A DNA stretch of 64,000 nt from Eledone cirrhosa (GCA_964016885.1 OZ024742.1:133486001-133550000); one strand, 5' to 3'; shown: positions 14,503-27,987, counted from the first letter of the stretch. Made by a program: numbers and translations. Notes: generated by a model from the letters alone, not told the origin.

Positions 14503-17500
14503 TTCACCTCAGGCGTCTGAGGAGACTCCTCAGAAGCGCTAGAGATGCAACTGGGAGACGGACTAATTCCTCTCAGGATGTGACGAGTTGGTGACGGTAT
14601 CTCTCGACCGCCAATGCAGAGCATCGTAGCCAGAGGTATTCAGACGACTTCTTCTCTTCACCGCAGAGTCTGCAAGTGCTGTCTTCACATTTGTCAGTCA
14701 GTAGCTGCCACCTGCGAAGTGCTGGATGGTGCCCACTTCTGAAGCGGATAAGGTGGGTGAGATCAGCCTTGTCTATAGTGTTTTCGACTCTCTCCTCCGG
14801 CGGTTTGCTGAAGGTTTGGATAGTTATCTCGTGGGTGATGGGTGCTGGTCTACACTTCCTTTTGATGAGAGCTTGTCTCGTGGCATGGTCAGCGGGGGTG
14901 TTAGGTTGTGGAAGTGAGGAACCCTACTTTGCGAGTGTGTCTGCTAGTTCATTCCCTTGTAGATTACAGTGACCAGGGCCCCAACAACAGTTAGGTTTTT
15001 GTCTTCTCCGAGGTTGTTAACTGATGCCTGGAGTTCTGTTATAGTGGCATCTTTGGGGGCAGAGTTGTTGATTGCCTGAACTAGAGATTTACAGTTGCAG
15101 ATGATGGTCGCCGAAGTCCATTTTGCGTTATTAGTTTGTAATCAATGGATGGCTTCTCTAAGCGCAGCTTTTTCTGAGTGAAAGGAGCTACTTCTAGCGC
15201 CTGTTGCTGTATGCCACTCGTGGACGACCTCCCCATCTTTCATGATGACCATAACAGCTCCGCCATCGGTAGTAACTTCTTTTGTAGACCCATCGGTGTA
15301 GATTTGAACATCTGACGGGGCGAGGGTTGATATGGTGTCAAAGGCTGCTGTCAGTTGTTGGTTTGCGTTTTGGGATTTTGAGGTATTGGTGTAGATTACA
15401 TGTATGTGGGTGGGGTTAGCCATGGGGGAGTTTATGGGTCTTTGGGTAGGGGTGTCTGGAGGATAAGATGTAGTCCTGCCAGGTGATGGGATTGGGTGCT
15501 CTCCAGTCTGTCTTTTTGAGCCTTTTTCGGCAGCTGGTATTGAAAACTTTGTGCCGTTCGTCCGTCTTTGGTAGCTTTGCCCAGTGATCAGCTTTAAGCA
15601 GTGCAAATGTCGAGATCTGGAGGAGAACGTAGGTAACTGGGATTCTGCTAGCACAATGTCGGTCGGCGTGGTTCTGACTTGGCCGGTGATGGTTCGAGCC
15701 ACGTCTAGTTGTATTCTTTCGAGCTTGCCGATGTTGGTGGCAGACAACCAGGGTGTCCACGCCAGGGCCGCATATTCTGCGATGCTTCGTGTAGATTTGA
15801 CGAAGATCCGCCTTCTTCCAGCCCCACGTCGTTCCTGCTACAGTGTTTAGTAGGTTCGTTCTCGATTGGATAGTTCGATGTACCTTCTCGACATGTTCCC
15901 CAAAGGTTAACTGCCGATCGTATGTGATGCCCAGGAATTTTGGCAAAGGTTTGCAAGAAAGTTGCTTCCCGGCTATTGCGATACTGGGCTACCACTTTGC
16001 CTCTGCTCCATCCAGACTGAAAAAAGGTGTCTCGCATTTATTAATATTGAGCTGCAGTCTAGCTTCCTTGTTCCATTCAGCTACCCTGTCAACCTATTTT
16101 TGTAGTAGAACGGCTACTTCATCTTTATTCCTTCCGTTACACTCGATCGCCAGATCATCTACGTAGGCGCTGACGTGCGTAGATTCTTCAAATCCATCTA
16201 GGAGGCTGTTTATATAGACCGTGAAGAGGATTGGAGACAGGACGGCCCCTTGTGGAAGGCCTTCTTTAAACACTCAGCTCCTACCTGTCGTTGAGTTAAG
16301 ACGGACACTCATGGTGCGGTTCACGAACCATGTCGACAATCATTCGACAAAACGTAGGGGAACACCAAGCCTCATCATGCTCTGCAGTAGTCCGGTTCTC
16401 CAGACACGATCGTACGCCCTGCTAAAGTCGCAAAATGTAGTTTTCCTATTGTTGAGGTCAGTGATATTGGGCGGTAGCTCCCTACTTCTGCTGGATCTTT
16501 GCCTTTTTTGTGGAAAGGTATGATTGTTGCCGTCCGCCAAGACTGAGGGCACCAATTTTTCGCCCAACTATGGTTTACAATTTGCAAAAGTTCAATTTGA
16601 ATAGATTTGGTGAGGTATTTGAGAAGGTATGGCGCTATTCCATCTGCTTTACGTGCTTTGATCTTTTTAATTGTAGCATTGAGTTCATCCAGGGTGAAAT
16701 CGGCTTCTATCCTTTGCCTGGGAGCAAGGAGCAGGTCTTTCATTTCTCTTTTCAATAGTCTTCCTGTTCTTCTTGATTCTTTGTCGCTTTTTCTTCCACT
16801 TATAGTGGCATACTCTCGTACAAAAGCTGCAGACTTCTCCCGGTCGCTGGCGTAGACAGTACCTTTATATGTCAAATATTTTCCAGTTGACTTTGAAGCT
16901 TTGCCACATAATGACTTTACCGTGGCCCATGCCTGCTTGGTATCTTTCGTGTCTGAGATTTTTTGTAAGTGATTTCGTCACGCTTCCCTTTTTCATTCTT
17001 CTGTGAGTCTTGCAATTTCTTTGCAGGTCTCCATCGTTCAGCACGGTTTCTTCCCATGTCACGCCGTACGTTTACGGATTAAGCTTTTGAGTTCTGGATT
17101 CATCCAGGGTGTCTCCCGCGGACGGACGACTTTAATTGGCACCGCTTTGACCTCTGCCCTTTTTAGGAGAACGGATAGGGCAACCAACTTGTCGGAATGG
17201 GAAGTTTGTTCACTTACCTGAGATACTCCTTCATCGAGACACTTTTTGAAGGTGGACCAGTCAGCTTTCTCTTAGTTGCGGCGTATCTGTATGTTTGGTC
17301 CTTCCACTTTGAGATCGGCTCCCCAGGTAATTAGGATTGGCAGATGGTCTGACGCGAGTTCGTTCATGGCTTCCAATGTGAATTGATCTGCGAGATCGGT
17401 ATCTACGATGGTAAGATCTGGGGTACTCACACCTGCTCCTTGTTGGTATCGCGCCGCCCTTGCTGGCCAACCATCATTGAGCATTGATTTTGCGTGATCT

Positions 17501-19560
17501 TCCAGCCAATTCATTATGGTCGCGCCTCTGGCATCTGTTCTGGCAAATTCGTCCTATGATAGGTGATGGGCATTCAAATCTCCACAGATGTGACCATTTT
17601 CTGTAGGTAGGTGGTTGGCCCATCTTTGTTCATTGTCGGAGTGCGTGTAGTCCGACCTCTGCGGTGGAAAGTACAAATTTGTGATAGGGAAATCTCGTCT
17701 GCTATTTATGGGGATGATAACTTTTTGTGAATCTAAGGGGCTTGTAGTCGGTGGAGAGGGGCGGTATATTGGATACCTTCGCGTATATAGATCAGCAATC
17801 CACAACCTCTATGGTATTCTGTGCCGCAACCCGGTTTATCTTGTCTGAAGGGAGTCATAACCAATTATATGCGGTGTCGCGTCTTCTAGTCCAAGATTCG
17901 TTTCTTGAATCAAGGCGATATCAACACTGTGGGAGGTGATGAACTGCTTCAATTCTGTAATCTTGGTCGGTAGGAAGTCTGCATTCCATTGAATAATCCG
18001 TAGTTGACGAATGGTATTTCTCGGTGGTTTAGATCGGTTTAAAGGCTGTGGAACAGTAGTAGGAGGTGGAGCTAGGGAATGTTGTTGACATGTGACACAA
18101 ATCCATTCACTTAGTTGGGGAAGACGGTCGAGCGTTGATCTTGGCTCTGGCACACATTTGAGGTGGAAGGCGCACTACAATATTTACATATTAGGGGGAT
18201 TTTAGGGTGTCCAAGGGTTTCTGTACAGGTAGAGCAGGATTTACTTACATGGGTAAGGGTGGGGGCTTGACCGATAGTGTTGGAAATGGCTAACGTCGCG
18301 GATTGGGTTTGGGTATTATGTACATGGGAGATGGCAATGTTCGTGTTTAGAGGCGAGGGGGGGTCTAATAGGGTTGTATGTACATGGCTATTTAAAAGTG
18401 CGTCACTGTTTTGCTGGGAGCGCTGTTCAGTATGTACCGTCTGTAAAATGTGTGGTTGTGTGTGTGTGGGATTCGTACAGTCTAGTTCTGTTTGTACTGG
18501 TGTTGTGTCTGTAAGTGTGGTGTTGGTTGGCATGTTAGTGCGTGTGTCAGATGTATTTGTACAAGATGAACATTGCCAAGAGGGGTTTAGTATATACCTC
18601 GAAAGGCCCGTACACCGTTTATGGGCAGTGTTAGGACATGTAGAGCAAAAGAGGGGGCTGTTGTCTGAACGAATGTTTGCATGGCAGATTTGACATCGGC
18701 GAATGGAGATCGCTGCAGGACGGATGGTAGGCACGACATTATTCCCCCGACAGAAGCCACACACGAATTATTGAGGACTCTTCTTCTGTATTCGAGTCAG
18801 GCCGCTGCAGATCCTGTGGAAGATACGTCGGCATGTCGCGCAGGAAATTGGCACGAAGTCTTGTCGGATCGTCCTGGAACATCCCGCGCAGGATGAGCCT
18901 GAGTTCGACTCGACAACACCCGCCATTAAAACGTAACTTCCGGAGATGTAGGGCGGGTTTACAGCTCCGGTTGTCGAAAAAAAAAAAAACTACGTGTCTC
19001 CTTCGTCGCATCTCTGGGTGTATACGGATCTGGATTTGACAGATATCCTTTCGTGCATCGACCGAGTACACCGGACGTCCACGAGGGCCACCACACGAGT
19101 AGGTTCCGGATTCCGGTTTGTGCTCTGTCACCACAGGTGTTATTGTCAATACCGCCACAGCTACCTCTATTGTTGTTAAATGCATCATCATCAACTTCTC
19201 GACCGCTGTTTGATGACGAAGAGAACGAAATGGTTTTCCCCTGACATTTACTGTGTGGCGATGACGAAACGAAAAAAGAAAAGGAAAACGACGAAAAGGA
19301 AAGCGAGACTCGTCGCTGACAGCTGGGTTATTATTGTGGAGGTATACACGTCGCAGGAATTTTTGTTACCGTAAATTTGCGATTTTTGTACAGTTCAATT
19401 GTATTGTTTTGTTTCTAAACACACCACGCTTCTCTTGAAGTGGTCGCAATTAATTGTTATTTAGCCTTCCTGGGCGAAATTCCAATTTCAACGTTGCATT
19501 TAGCAAATAAGCCTCCCAAGAAAAATGGCGTCATTCAAAGAACCCATCTCTCTACCATGT
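14503..19560 (-). mobile_element. Degenerate near full-length LINE with RNase H (Ingi/I-group-like)
   Basis: Ordered frameshifted domains: two PHD fingers (CQIC...CSTC...HKRC...WQCSSC; CSTC...CKYC...HLKC...WICVTC), APE (IIQWNAD, IQET, GDLNAHH, SDHLP), RT (SYRPISLTS, DFSRAYDRVW, PQGAVLSP, YVDD, FLGITYD, GTTWGW), RNase H (QIYTDGS), C-terminal CRLC..x..C zinc finger; stop codon followed almost at once by (CAA)n. 5' boundary uncertain (19000-19560). Confidence 0.9.
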
Positions 19561-19989
19561 GTACACTGCTGTTGCCGTCGTTGTTGTTTTTGTTGTGTCT
19601 GTAAGAATTTCAGTGATCTTTTCTGCTGTGCTTGTTGGTGTTGTCATAGGTAGTCTGCTGTCGGTGCCGGCGGTGGTCTGCTGCTGGTGTTAATGCTGCT
19701 GTGCTAATGTTTTCGTTGCGCGCATTTCTTTATTTGAATATATAATGTGTCTGGTTGTTAAAACGATATCAAATATTTTCCATGGGTAGAAACTACAAAA
19801 ATATCTTGTAGTGTCATCATTTCATTACATGCTGGTTAAATTTATTGCTTTCAAATCATTAGGCTGGCGTCTAAATGCTCTTTGATGTCGTTCGTTTCTG
19901 TGTACAAACACACACGCGCTCACACACACAAACGCATACACACACGCACACATGCGGACATATGTATGTATGTAAGTATGTATATATTA

Positions 19990-20492
19990 TGTCGGGTCAC
20001 GCTTGAATGCTACTGGTAACATATAACGCAGTAAAACCTATCGCATGGTCGGGTCGTCGGCGACTAAAGTGGCAACCCCACCAAGATAACCTGGAGAGGA
20101 GGGTGATTTTGGACACGCTGCAGGACAAAAAGAAAACCTGACAATAGGCGGAAGAACTCATAAGAGTCAACGGCCATCCAAAAGTGTGTAAATATGTATA
20201 TACACATATGTACATATGTATGTATGTATATTCACGGGGACATAGAAATCGTCGGGCTGGACTCCCGATCACACGGTTAAACCTTTGAAAGTGAAGGACC
20301 CCTAGCCTTTGTCAGGGCATTCTTCTGGGAGAAAGCAGCTCAGGAAACTGGGATAACTCCGATATAAAACCTGCGGTTCAGTAGTTACCGATGTTGAGGA
20401 TCTTTTCTTCTTTTCGGGTTGTAGCTACTGTCACTCAGAGAGTGGGATTGGCTCAGTGCACAGTCTTTCCTCACAGGCATTGCACAATAGAA
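19990..20492 (+). mobile_element. Interspersed repeat, possibly the 5' UTR of an RTE-type element
   Basis: GC-richer block between microsatellites with no credible ORF; family assignment is from recollection only. Confidence 0.3.
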
Positions 20493-20544
20493 TTAATTAA
20501 TAATTATTAATAATAGTATACATAGTATACATTGTATACAATAG

Positions 20545-20709
<165 letters not shown>

Positions 20710-21119
20710 CGTCCTGAAAAATGGATGGGATGCATCAAGTTGAAAAGCACGAATCATGAGTCCTTGGTCGTCATCAGTTTTAATGTTTTTTGTATTTTTA
20801 TCTAATCTAATCTACGTGGGTTTACCGGGTACAATAGTAGTTCCATTCATACATACTTTCTCGCAAATTGTTGCTATGTATCGCTATAATGTATTCAACG
20901 GGGTCTACTACTTTTAACAATATATGGTGAAGATTCAAGTCTAAAACACTAGTGTCTTATTATCTAATTAATTAACTCAAGTTAAAATAATGTTGCATCT
21001 TCTTATAATGGTTTTCATACCCATAGTTGTTTGATAATGTTTAAGCCGTATTTATGGGCAATGATTATTGGGATGCCTGACTGATTAATACACTTTGTAA
21101 AGACACTCTCGAGCCACTG

Positions 21120-21248
21120 GTATTAGCTTTGCACTTCATCCTTACGGAGTCGATAAAATAAAGTACCATTAACGCACTGGGTTCGATTTAATCGTCTCCC
21201 CCTCTACCAAATTTTCCTGCCGTGTGCTTAAATCAGAAACAGTTATTT
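21120..21248 (+). mobile_element. SINE family A, 5'-truncated
   Basis: CTTCATCCTTACGGAGTCGATAAAATAAAGTACC core plus tail. Confidence 0.75.
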
Positions 21249-21503
21249 TCTCGTGGTAGATTGGCAGCATGAAGTAAGCGTCAGGGGGGTGGGGTAAGTG
21301 TAGAATGTGTGAATTGGGGAGGGGATGGGGGGGGGGTAGTTGTAGTGATTAAGTTAGTTATTTGCACTCTAAAATGGTCAGAAAACTTCCATATGCGATA
21401 AACATATGTATATATATTGAAGCAAATATCCAAATAGATGTGTGTTTTGGTAGTTTGGGGAGAAATATAATTATTGGAGGTTGCCATGACAACCCTGCCA
21501 ACA

Positions 21504-21629
21504 ATTCCAATGCCAGTGTATATATATAATTTAAAACATATAGATACTCTGCGCCTTCCCTAAGTGGTTAATATATCGAGCTTCCTAGCATTTAGTAAGA
21601 AACAGGTATTATACCCAATATATCCATCT

Positions 21630-21695
<66 letters not shown>

Positions 21696-21809
21696 AGATG
21701 GATATATTGGGTATAATACCAGTTTCTTGCCAAATGCGAAGAAGCTCGATATATTAACCGCTTAGGGAAGGCACAGAGTATATATATATATATACAGTGG
21801 CGTTGGAAT
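21504..21809. repeat. Inverted repeat (~130-bp arms) centred on (TA)n
   Basis: 21504-21633 is the reverse complement of 21690-21809, with scattered mismatches. Confidence 0.9.
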
Positions 21810-22630
21810 GGCGCTAATTAGCAGATATTCGATGAACATGCGCTTTATTACAACCAGGCCCTCAAGCGAAGCGGTTTTCGGGAGGATATCTCCTTTATTT
21901 CCAGCTTCCCTTAGCGGAACCAGCAGGCGACGCCGCCACTCACGCCACGTAACGTGGTTCAACCCTCTCCACAATGCCGAGGTTGAAACACCAATCGGGA
22001 AAATCTTCTTTAGGCTCTTCGAAAAACACCCCCCGCCACAACACCGCTACCACACATAATCAACAAAAACACTATCAAACACTATCAAACTGTCATACAG
22101 CACCATACCCAACTTCCCACAAAACATCGCCTCCTCAAACAATAAGAAACTCAACTCCTATAGAAGAAACAACCTAGACATTAGTGGAGAGCCGACCGGG
22201 AGGTGTAACTGCCCTGATAACTCTACGTGCCCCGTCAACAACAGATGCTGAGAACGGAACGTGATCTACCAATGCAACGTGAGGACGGAAAGCTCCAACA
22301 AAGCCTATATAGGATTAACCGCTTGTGACATTAAAACCCGGCTCTACCAACACCGACATATTTTCCAAAACCCTACCCGGTGACATGCTACTACACTCTC
22401 GAGCCACATCTGGGACCTCCAATATAATAACATAACATACAATATTACTTGGAGCTTACTTTCTAGGGCTAACTCCTCAAGGGAGGACGCCGTCCGTGTA
22501 ACTTATGCTCGGAGGAAACGATACAAATGCTGTTTACGAAGGACCAACTCCTAAACAAAAAAGACGAACTTGTAACTGCTTGTAAACACCGATTGCGTAG
22601 GACTTACCTCGCCATCAACATCCCTCATGA
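21692..22630 (+). mobile_element. Penelope-like element remnant (RT C-terminus plus GIY-YIG endonuclease)
   Basis: VTWFNPLHNAEVETPIGKIFFRLFEKHPPPQHRYH, then NVIYQCNV...AYIGLT...KTRLYQH...TTLSSHIWDL...CNLCSEE...LLNKKDELVTACKH; contains stops, frameshifts and internal deletions. Confidence 0.9.
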
Positions 22631-22637
22631 CCCGGGT

Positions 22638-25298
22638 GGGTAGACAATGGCTGCGTTGTCAGGAGTAAAATACGTGCTCTGGGTAACGAGGGAGCCAAAG
22701 CTGTTAGCTGGGCCCGAGTAACAGAGGCAAAAAGTGGAAACAAGTCCACGTTTCGGTCTTTGAAGGACCAGGATGGAAGCGTGATCCTTGAACCTGAGCG
22801 GATGAGCGCGGCCTTTCAACGGCGCTTTGCACGACTGTTCGGGAGGGGCGGCGAGCCGGGTGGGGCCATGGATTTCGGTCCATACCTCGACGGTCTGGCG
22901 CGGCTCTCGGACGGGGAGGCGAAGTCCTGCGAGAGGCCGATTTCAGCCGCTGAAATAGGGGAAGCGCTGAGCCAATGCGGCAAACGCAAATCTCCGGGTC
23001 TCGATGGTCTACCATACGAACTTTATGTAGCGATGCCCGGCTTGTTCTCCGGTCTCCTCGAGGCGGTCTACTGCAACTGGCAACAGAACGGGAGAATTCT
23101 CAGTTCTGTGACCAAGGGCGTAGTCACGCTGGTGAGGAAGGACGAGAACAAGGGGGATGACATAGATAACTTCAGGCCCATAACTCTGCTAAACACAGAG
23201 TTAAAGATTTTGGCCAAGGTGTTAGCGAAGAGGTTGGCGCTCGTCGTCGGGAACCTTGTGGGAGAAGCGCAGGCATGCGAAATCCCGTCCAGGTCCATAC
23301 ACGACAACCTCCACCTCATGCGATACATCGTAGAGAGGGTGGGGAACGAACCCGGCTTTGGTGGGGCCCTGATCAACTTAGATCAATCTAAAGCGTTCGA
23401 TAGGGTTGACCATCGGTACCTGGATGCGGTGCTCGCGGCGGCAGGATTCGGACCCGTTTTCAGGGGCTGGATTGCTGCAATGCACAGCAGCAACACCTGC
23501 TCGAGTGTCAAGGTGAACGGCTACCTCTCGGAGCCGTTCCAAATCACGCGATCCATTCGACAGGGATGCCCTCTCTGCTCCCTCCTGTATGTGCTGGCTC
23601 TCGAGCCACTACTGCCGAAGCTGGAGCTGTTGCAGGGCATCCCCTTGGAACCGGGATTGCGGAAAGCGGTGTCGGCCTACGCCGATGACGTGATAGTAAT
23701 GATGTCGTGCGCCTCGGAAATCGGGCAGATCGGCACCTTACTGGAGGAATATTAAAGGTTCACAGGAGCCAAGCTGAACCGGGACAAGTCCGTCGGTTTG
23801 CAACTCGGGACGTGGAGGGGCAAAACGATGCCATCCGACGGCATCGTCGGACGCTGGACGGAGGGACCGGTGAAGCTGCTCGGGGTCTGGTTCGGACCGG
23901 ACATCCAGGTGGAGAAAAACTGGAACGAGGTAACGGGCAAGGTGTTTCCACTCGCCCAGAAGTGGGCCGAGTGCAAACTATCCTTGAAAGGTCGAGCGGA
24001 GGTGGCGAACGCTTATATAGCGTCCGTCATCTACTACCGCCTGACCGTCGTGCCTTGCGCAGAGAAAACACTCGCCAAAATGGAGCGCGCGCTCTTCCGA
24101 TTTCTTTGGAAGAAGCGGGCTCCTTTGGTGAGAAGATCCATCTGCTGTCAACACCCTTCGAACGGAGGGCTGGGGATGCCGTGGCTGACGATGCGTAGAC
24201 ACGCATTAAGACTACGGCACCGCCAGGTATTCCCCACAGGTCAGCCGGTGTGGGCCCTGTTTGTGAGGCGAGCCTTTCCGAGACTCGTTTCACTCACCGA
24301 GCTGCAATCCTGGGACAAGCAAAGACCGAGAAAAGTGGGCGACTGGCACATTGAATGTGCCCAGGCGCTCACGGCCCTCTGGCAAGCGGATCCGGCAATC
24401 AGTGGAGACTCAACCTCCACATTCTATAGAGGGTTGGTGCGCAGTAAGTGTGACGACGCTCTCGGAGAGGCTCTGGGCATGGAGGAAGACGAGCTGGCCA
24501 GTCTGTTCGGTAGGACGTTTGGCCCGGGACCGATGGACAACTTCCAAAAGTCCCTGGCTTAGCAATGTTACCGAGGAGCTCTACCCGTTCGGGACAACCT
24601 CTACAGACACGGGCGCCCGGGTAGGGACCCCTCGAAGAAGATCTGTCCAAGATGCGTACGTGACGAGGAAACCGTCGCACACGCATTCGTACACTGCCCG
24701 GGCGTTGCTGACCTGTGGGGCTATGCAGAACGAATACTGTCGCGGGTGGGACCAATCCGGTTGACCACCGAGAACATTGTCACAATCAAACCGCCTCACC
24801 CTTTCAAAAACGAAGGAGAGGCGGTTTTGCTCTGTGTGATAGCCATGGCGAAAGAAGTTGTATGGTGGACAAGGTTGAAAGAGCTGAGGTCAGACACCTT
24901 TCTCTCCGGCCAACAACTGGTCTTTTTTTTCAAGTACCACTTTAGAAGAAGGATCAGAATGGAGAGAGAGGTGCTCTACCCCAGCAAGTTTTATGAAAGA
25001 TGGGTGAAAGTAGCGAGAATGGCCCGAGTGAATGGGCCTTCTCTCTATATCAGCCTGTAGGTTAGAGAGGAGAAGAATGAGAAGAGGAAGGAAGCACCCG
25101 CTCTGTGTGCTCCTGAAGAGGAAAGTTGCATATTTTATTGGGGGTGTGTGTGACCCATTTCAACGCCCCTCCCTATTGAGGACATCGATTGTTAAATTTA
25201 ATTTGTTATATGTTTTTTACACGTCTTTTTAAATGTATGTAAACTCCCCCCTTTGTATTTGTCCCAATCTTTGATGCCCTGGTGGCAAATAAATAGAA
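22638..25298 (+). mobile_element. 5'-truncated L1/Tx1-clade LINE (ORF2 RT plus zinc finger)
   Basis: KSPGLDGLPYE, NFRPITLLN, LDQSKAFDRVDH, IRQGCPL, YADD, GGLGMP, CPRC..EETVAHAFVHC; in-frame stops at 23753 and 24560; ORF ends at 25060; AATAAA near 25288. Confidence 0.95.
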
Positions 25299-25659
25299 AT
25301 ATGTATCAAATAACACCAAACTCTTCCCCTCTTTATATCTACTACACGGAACTCTCTTTAAATTACTTTCTCTATATCAAATAAACATCAATCTCTCCCC
25401 CTCTCTATATCTAATATACACCTAATCCTCCTCTCTATATCATTTACAAACAAACTCTCCCGCTTCTCTACATCTATATATCTCTCTCCCATCTTTCTGT
25501 CTCTACATAACATGTACTTAAATGGTAGCACATATACAAATATATGTGTGTTTTGGTAGTTTGGGGAGAGAAATATAATTATTGGGTCTGGGGGGGGGGG
25601 TGACACCTGGCCATCCAAATTCCTCCACCCCTGCAGTCTGAAAATGCACCTAGTTCATC

Positions 25660-26655
25660 TTAGCCTTTCATCCTCATGGGGTCGATAAAATAAATCACCA
25701 GTTATGCACTGGTGTCGACTTTCCACTCTCCTTCAAATTTCTGGCCTCGTGTCTAAAGTAGAAACAATTATTATTATTATTATTATTGTTGGTGGGTGGT
25801 GGGTTGGCAGTATCGGTAGAGGGTTGGACGCCATGCTTTCTAGCATAGAGATACGTCCCTTTATGATCTGAGTTCAAATCCCGCCGAGGTTAACTTTGCC
25901 TTTCATCCTTACGGGGTCGATAAAATAAAGTACCAGTAATGCACTGGATGATTGCTGGCCTTGTGCCTAAAGTAGAAACAATTATTATTATTATTGTTAT
26001 TGAGGATGGAAGATTGGGAGTATCTTTAGAGAGTCTAACACTAAGATTTGTGGGATAAAGTTACACCCATTTCTGAGTTCAAATCGCGCGGGATGTTTCC
26101 TTAAACTTTCATCATTACGCAGTCGATAAAATAATGTTCCAGTAACGCACTGGGTGGATTTATTCCATGTTTCCCTTCCTCCAAATTGTTGGCATGGTAC
26201 CTATATCAGAAATGATTATGTTAAACAATGGCGGTGTATTGGCAGTATCGGTAGACTGTTGGACAAGATGCTTTGCGGCATATAAATATGGCTCTTCACG
26301 TGCTGAGTTCAAATCCCACCAAGATTGGCTTCGCGTTTCATATTTACAGTATCAATAAAATAGAGTACCAGTAATGCACTAGGTAGATTTAATTGACTTT
26401 CCCCTTCCCTTCAAACAGCTGCCATCATGCATAAAGTAGAAACAATTATTATTGAGGGTGGTGGATTGGATGCATCGTTAGAATATCGCACATACTTTGC
26501 AGCATGAAGTTACGTTTCTTCACATTCAGATCTCAAATCTTGCCGTAGTTATCTTTGCTTATCATCCTTAATTTGTCGATAAAATTATGATTTTCTCTAC
26601 ATTCTTCTCTCCCAAAATTGTTGGCCTTGTGCCTAAATTGGAAACCATTATTATG
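25660..26655 (+). mobile_element. Head-to-tail array of about five family A SINEs
   Basis: Core GTCGATAAAAT or its variant recurs at ~25681, 25916, 26122, 26350 and 26575, with units separated by (TTA)n tails. Confidence 0.85.
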
Positions 26656-27195
26656 AATAGTAGTAGTAGTAGTAGTAATACTAGAAGACGCAATTTCTGT
26701 AGCAGTAGTGATACATGAAAATATGTATTTATATATGCATTTTTATATTAGTTCAATTCATACATTGTTGATGATGTGCAGCAATTAATTTAAGTGCTTA
26801 CTCATGTTCAACAGTTCCAATTTCTGCCACATTTCCTCCAGTTCTTGCTGCACTGCTAAACCAATGATTCCACTTAGTGGAACTATTATCAACACATTCC
26901 ACTTGTTCACTTGAACTCTTTGAAGTCTTAATTCCAAAATGTGTCGATAACATTCCGAGAAACAACAGTAATTCGCGGTAATGTGAACACGTTGAAAGCC
27001 ATAACGTCAACAGCAACAACAAAAATAACTACAATAATAATGATGATGATGATTAGTGATTATGTCGATGAAGAAGACGATGAGGCGGATGAGGATGAAT
27101 ATAAAATGTTTTTATTTGCCTGGCCAAGGACTGATTTTTTTATGGAAATGGCAAAGTTTATTACATCATTACCAGTACTTAAATTATGTATTATT

Positions 27196-27325
27196 TATTT
27201 TATCGACCCAGGAAGGAGAAAATACAAAGTTTATGGCGATTAGGTTTGAACACTGTATTTATAACACTTACAAATATATCTCGTAGAAATACAGTAAATC
27301 ATTATTTGCTAGGCTCTAATGATTT
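27196..27325 (-). mobile_element. SINE family A, decayed
   Basis: TATTTTATCGACCCAGGAAGGAG...TTTGAAC is the reverse complement of the core and B box. Confidence 0.55.
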
Positions 27326-27736
27326 TGTCAATTCACCAAATAATAACAATTACGAAAACAAGGAAATGGCAAACAAGAATAAGGAAACGATTGTGAATGT
27401 AAACGCAAACCACAAACATTAATAAAATACACAAACAAACAATGGGAGAACATAAACAATGACACCATTATAAAAATGCAACATTTGAGACAGAATGACT
27501 CATCAAAATAGCAAACACTTTTTTGCATCAAATATTGTAGTATATGAACTATGATGCAAAATGCATAGTGATGGTGTTGATGAAGGCGATGATGAAGGTG
27601 ATGATGATAATAATGAAGACGGTGATAAATTATGACGTTGATGATGATGATTATTATTACGATGATTATGAATATGATGAACACTTTTTTCGTTGTTCCT
27701 AAACTAAAACTTTATATCTGGGTGTGTATGTATGAA

Positions 27737-27856
<120 letters not shown>

Positions 27857-27987
27857 GATAAATCTACCAAGAGTTTACGGTAGTGTCCAATCCGTATGAA
27901 GAACTCAATGTAATCCGGATATCATGGAAAGAAGAGATGCAATGAAAAATCACTTTCGGTGAAAGATAAACGGAATACAGAGTCAAG

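Noticed and set aside
14202-14594. Poly-leucine ORF
   Set aside because: Translation of a trinucleotide microsatellite plus the antisense LINE end.
20745-20785. Minus-strand CTGATGACGACC
   Set aside because: No GAAA core half follows.
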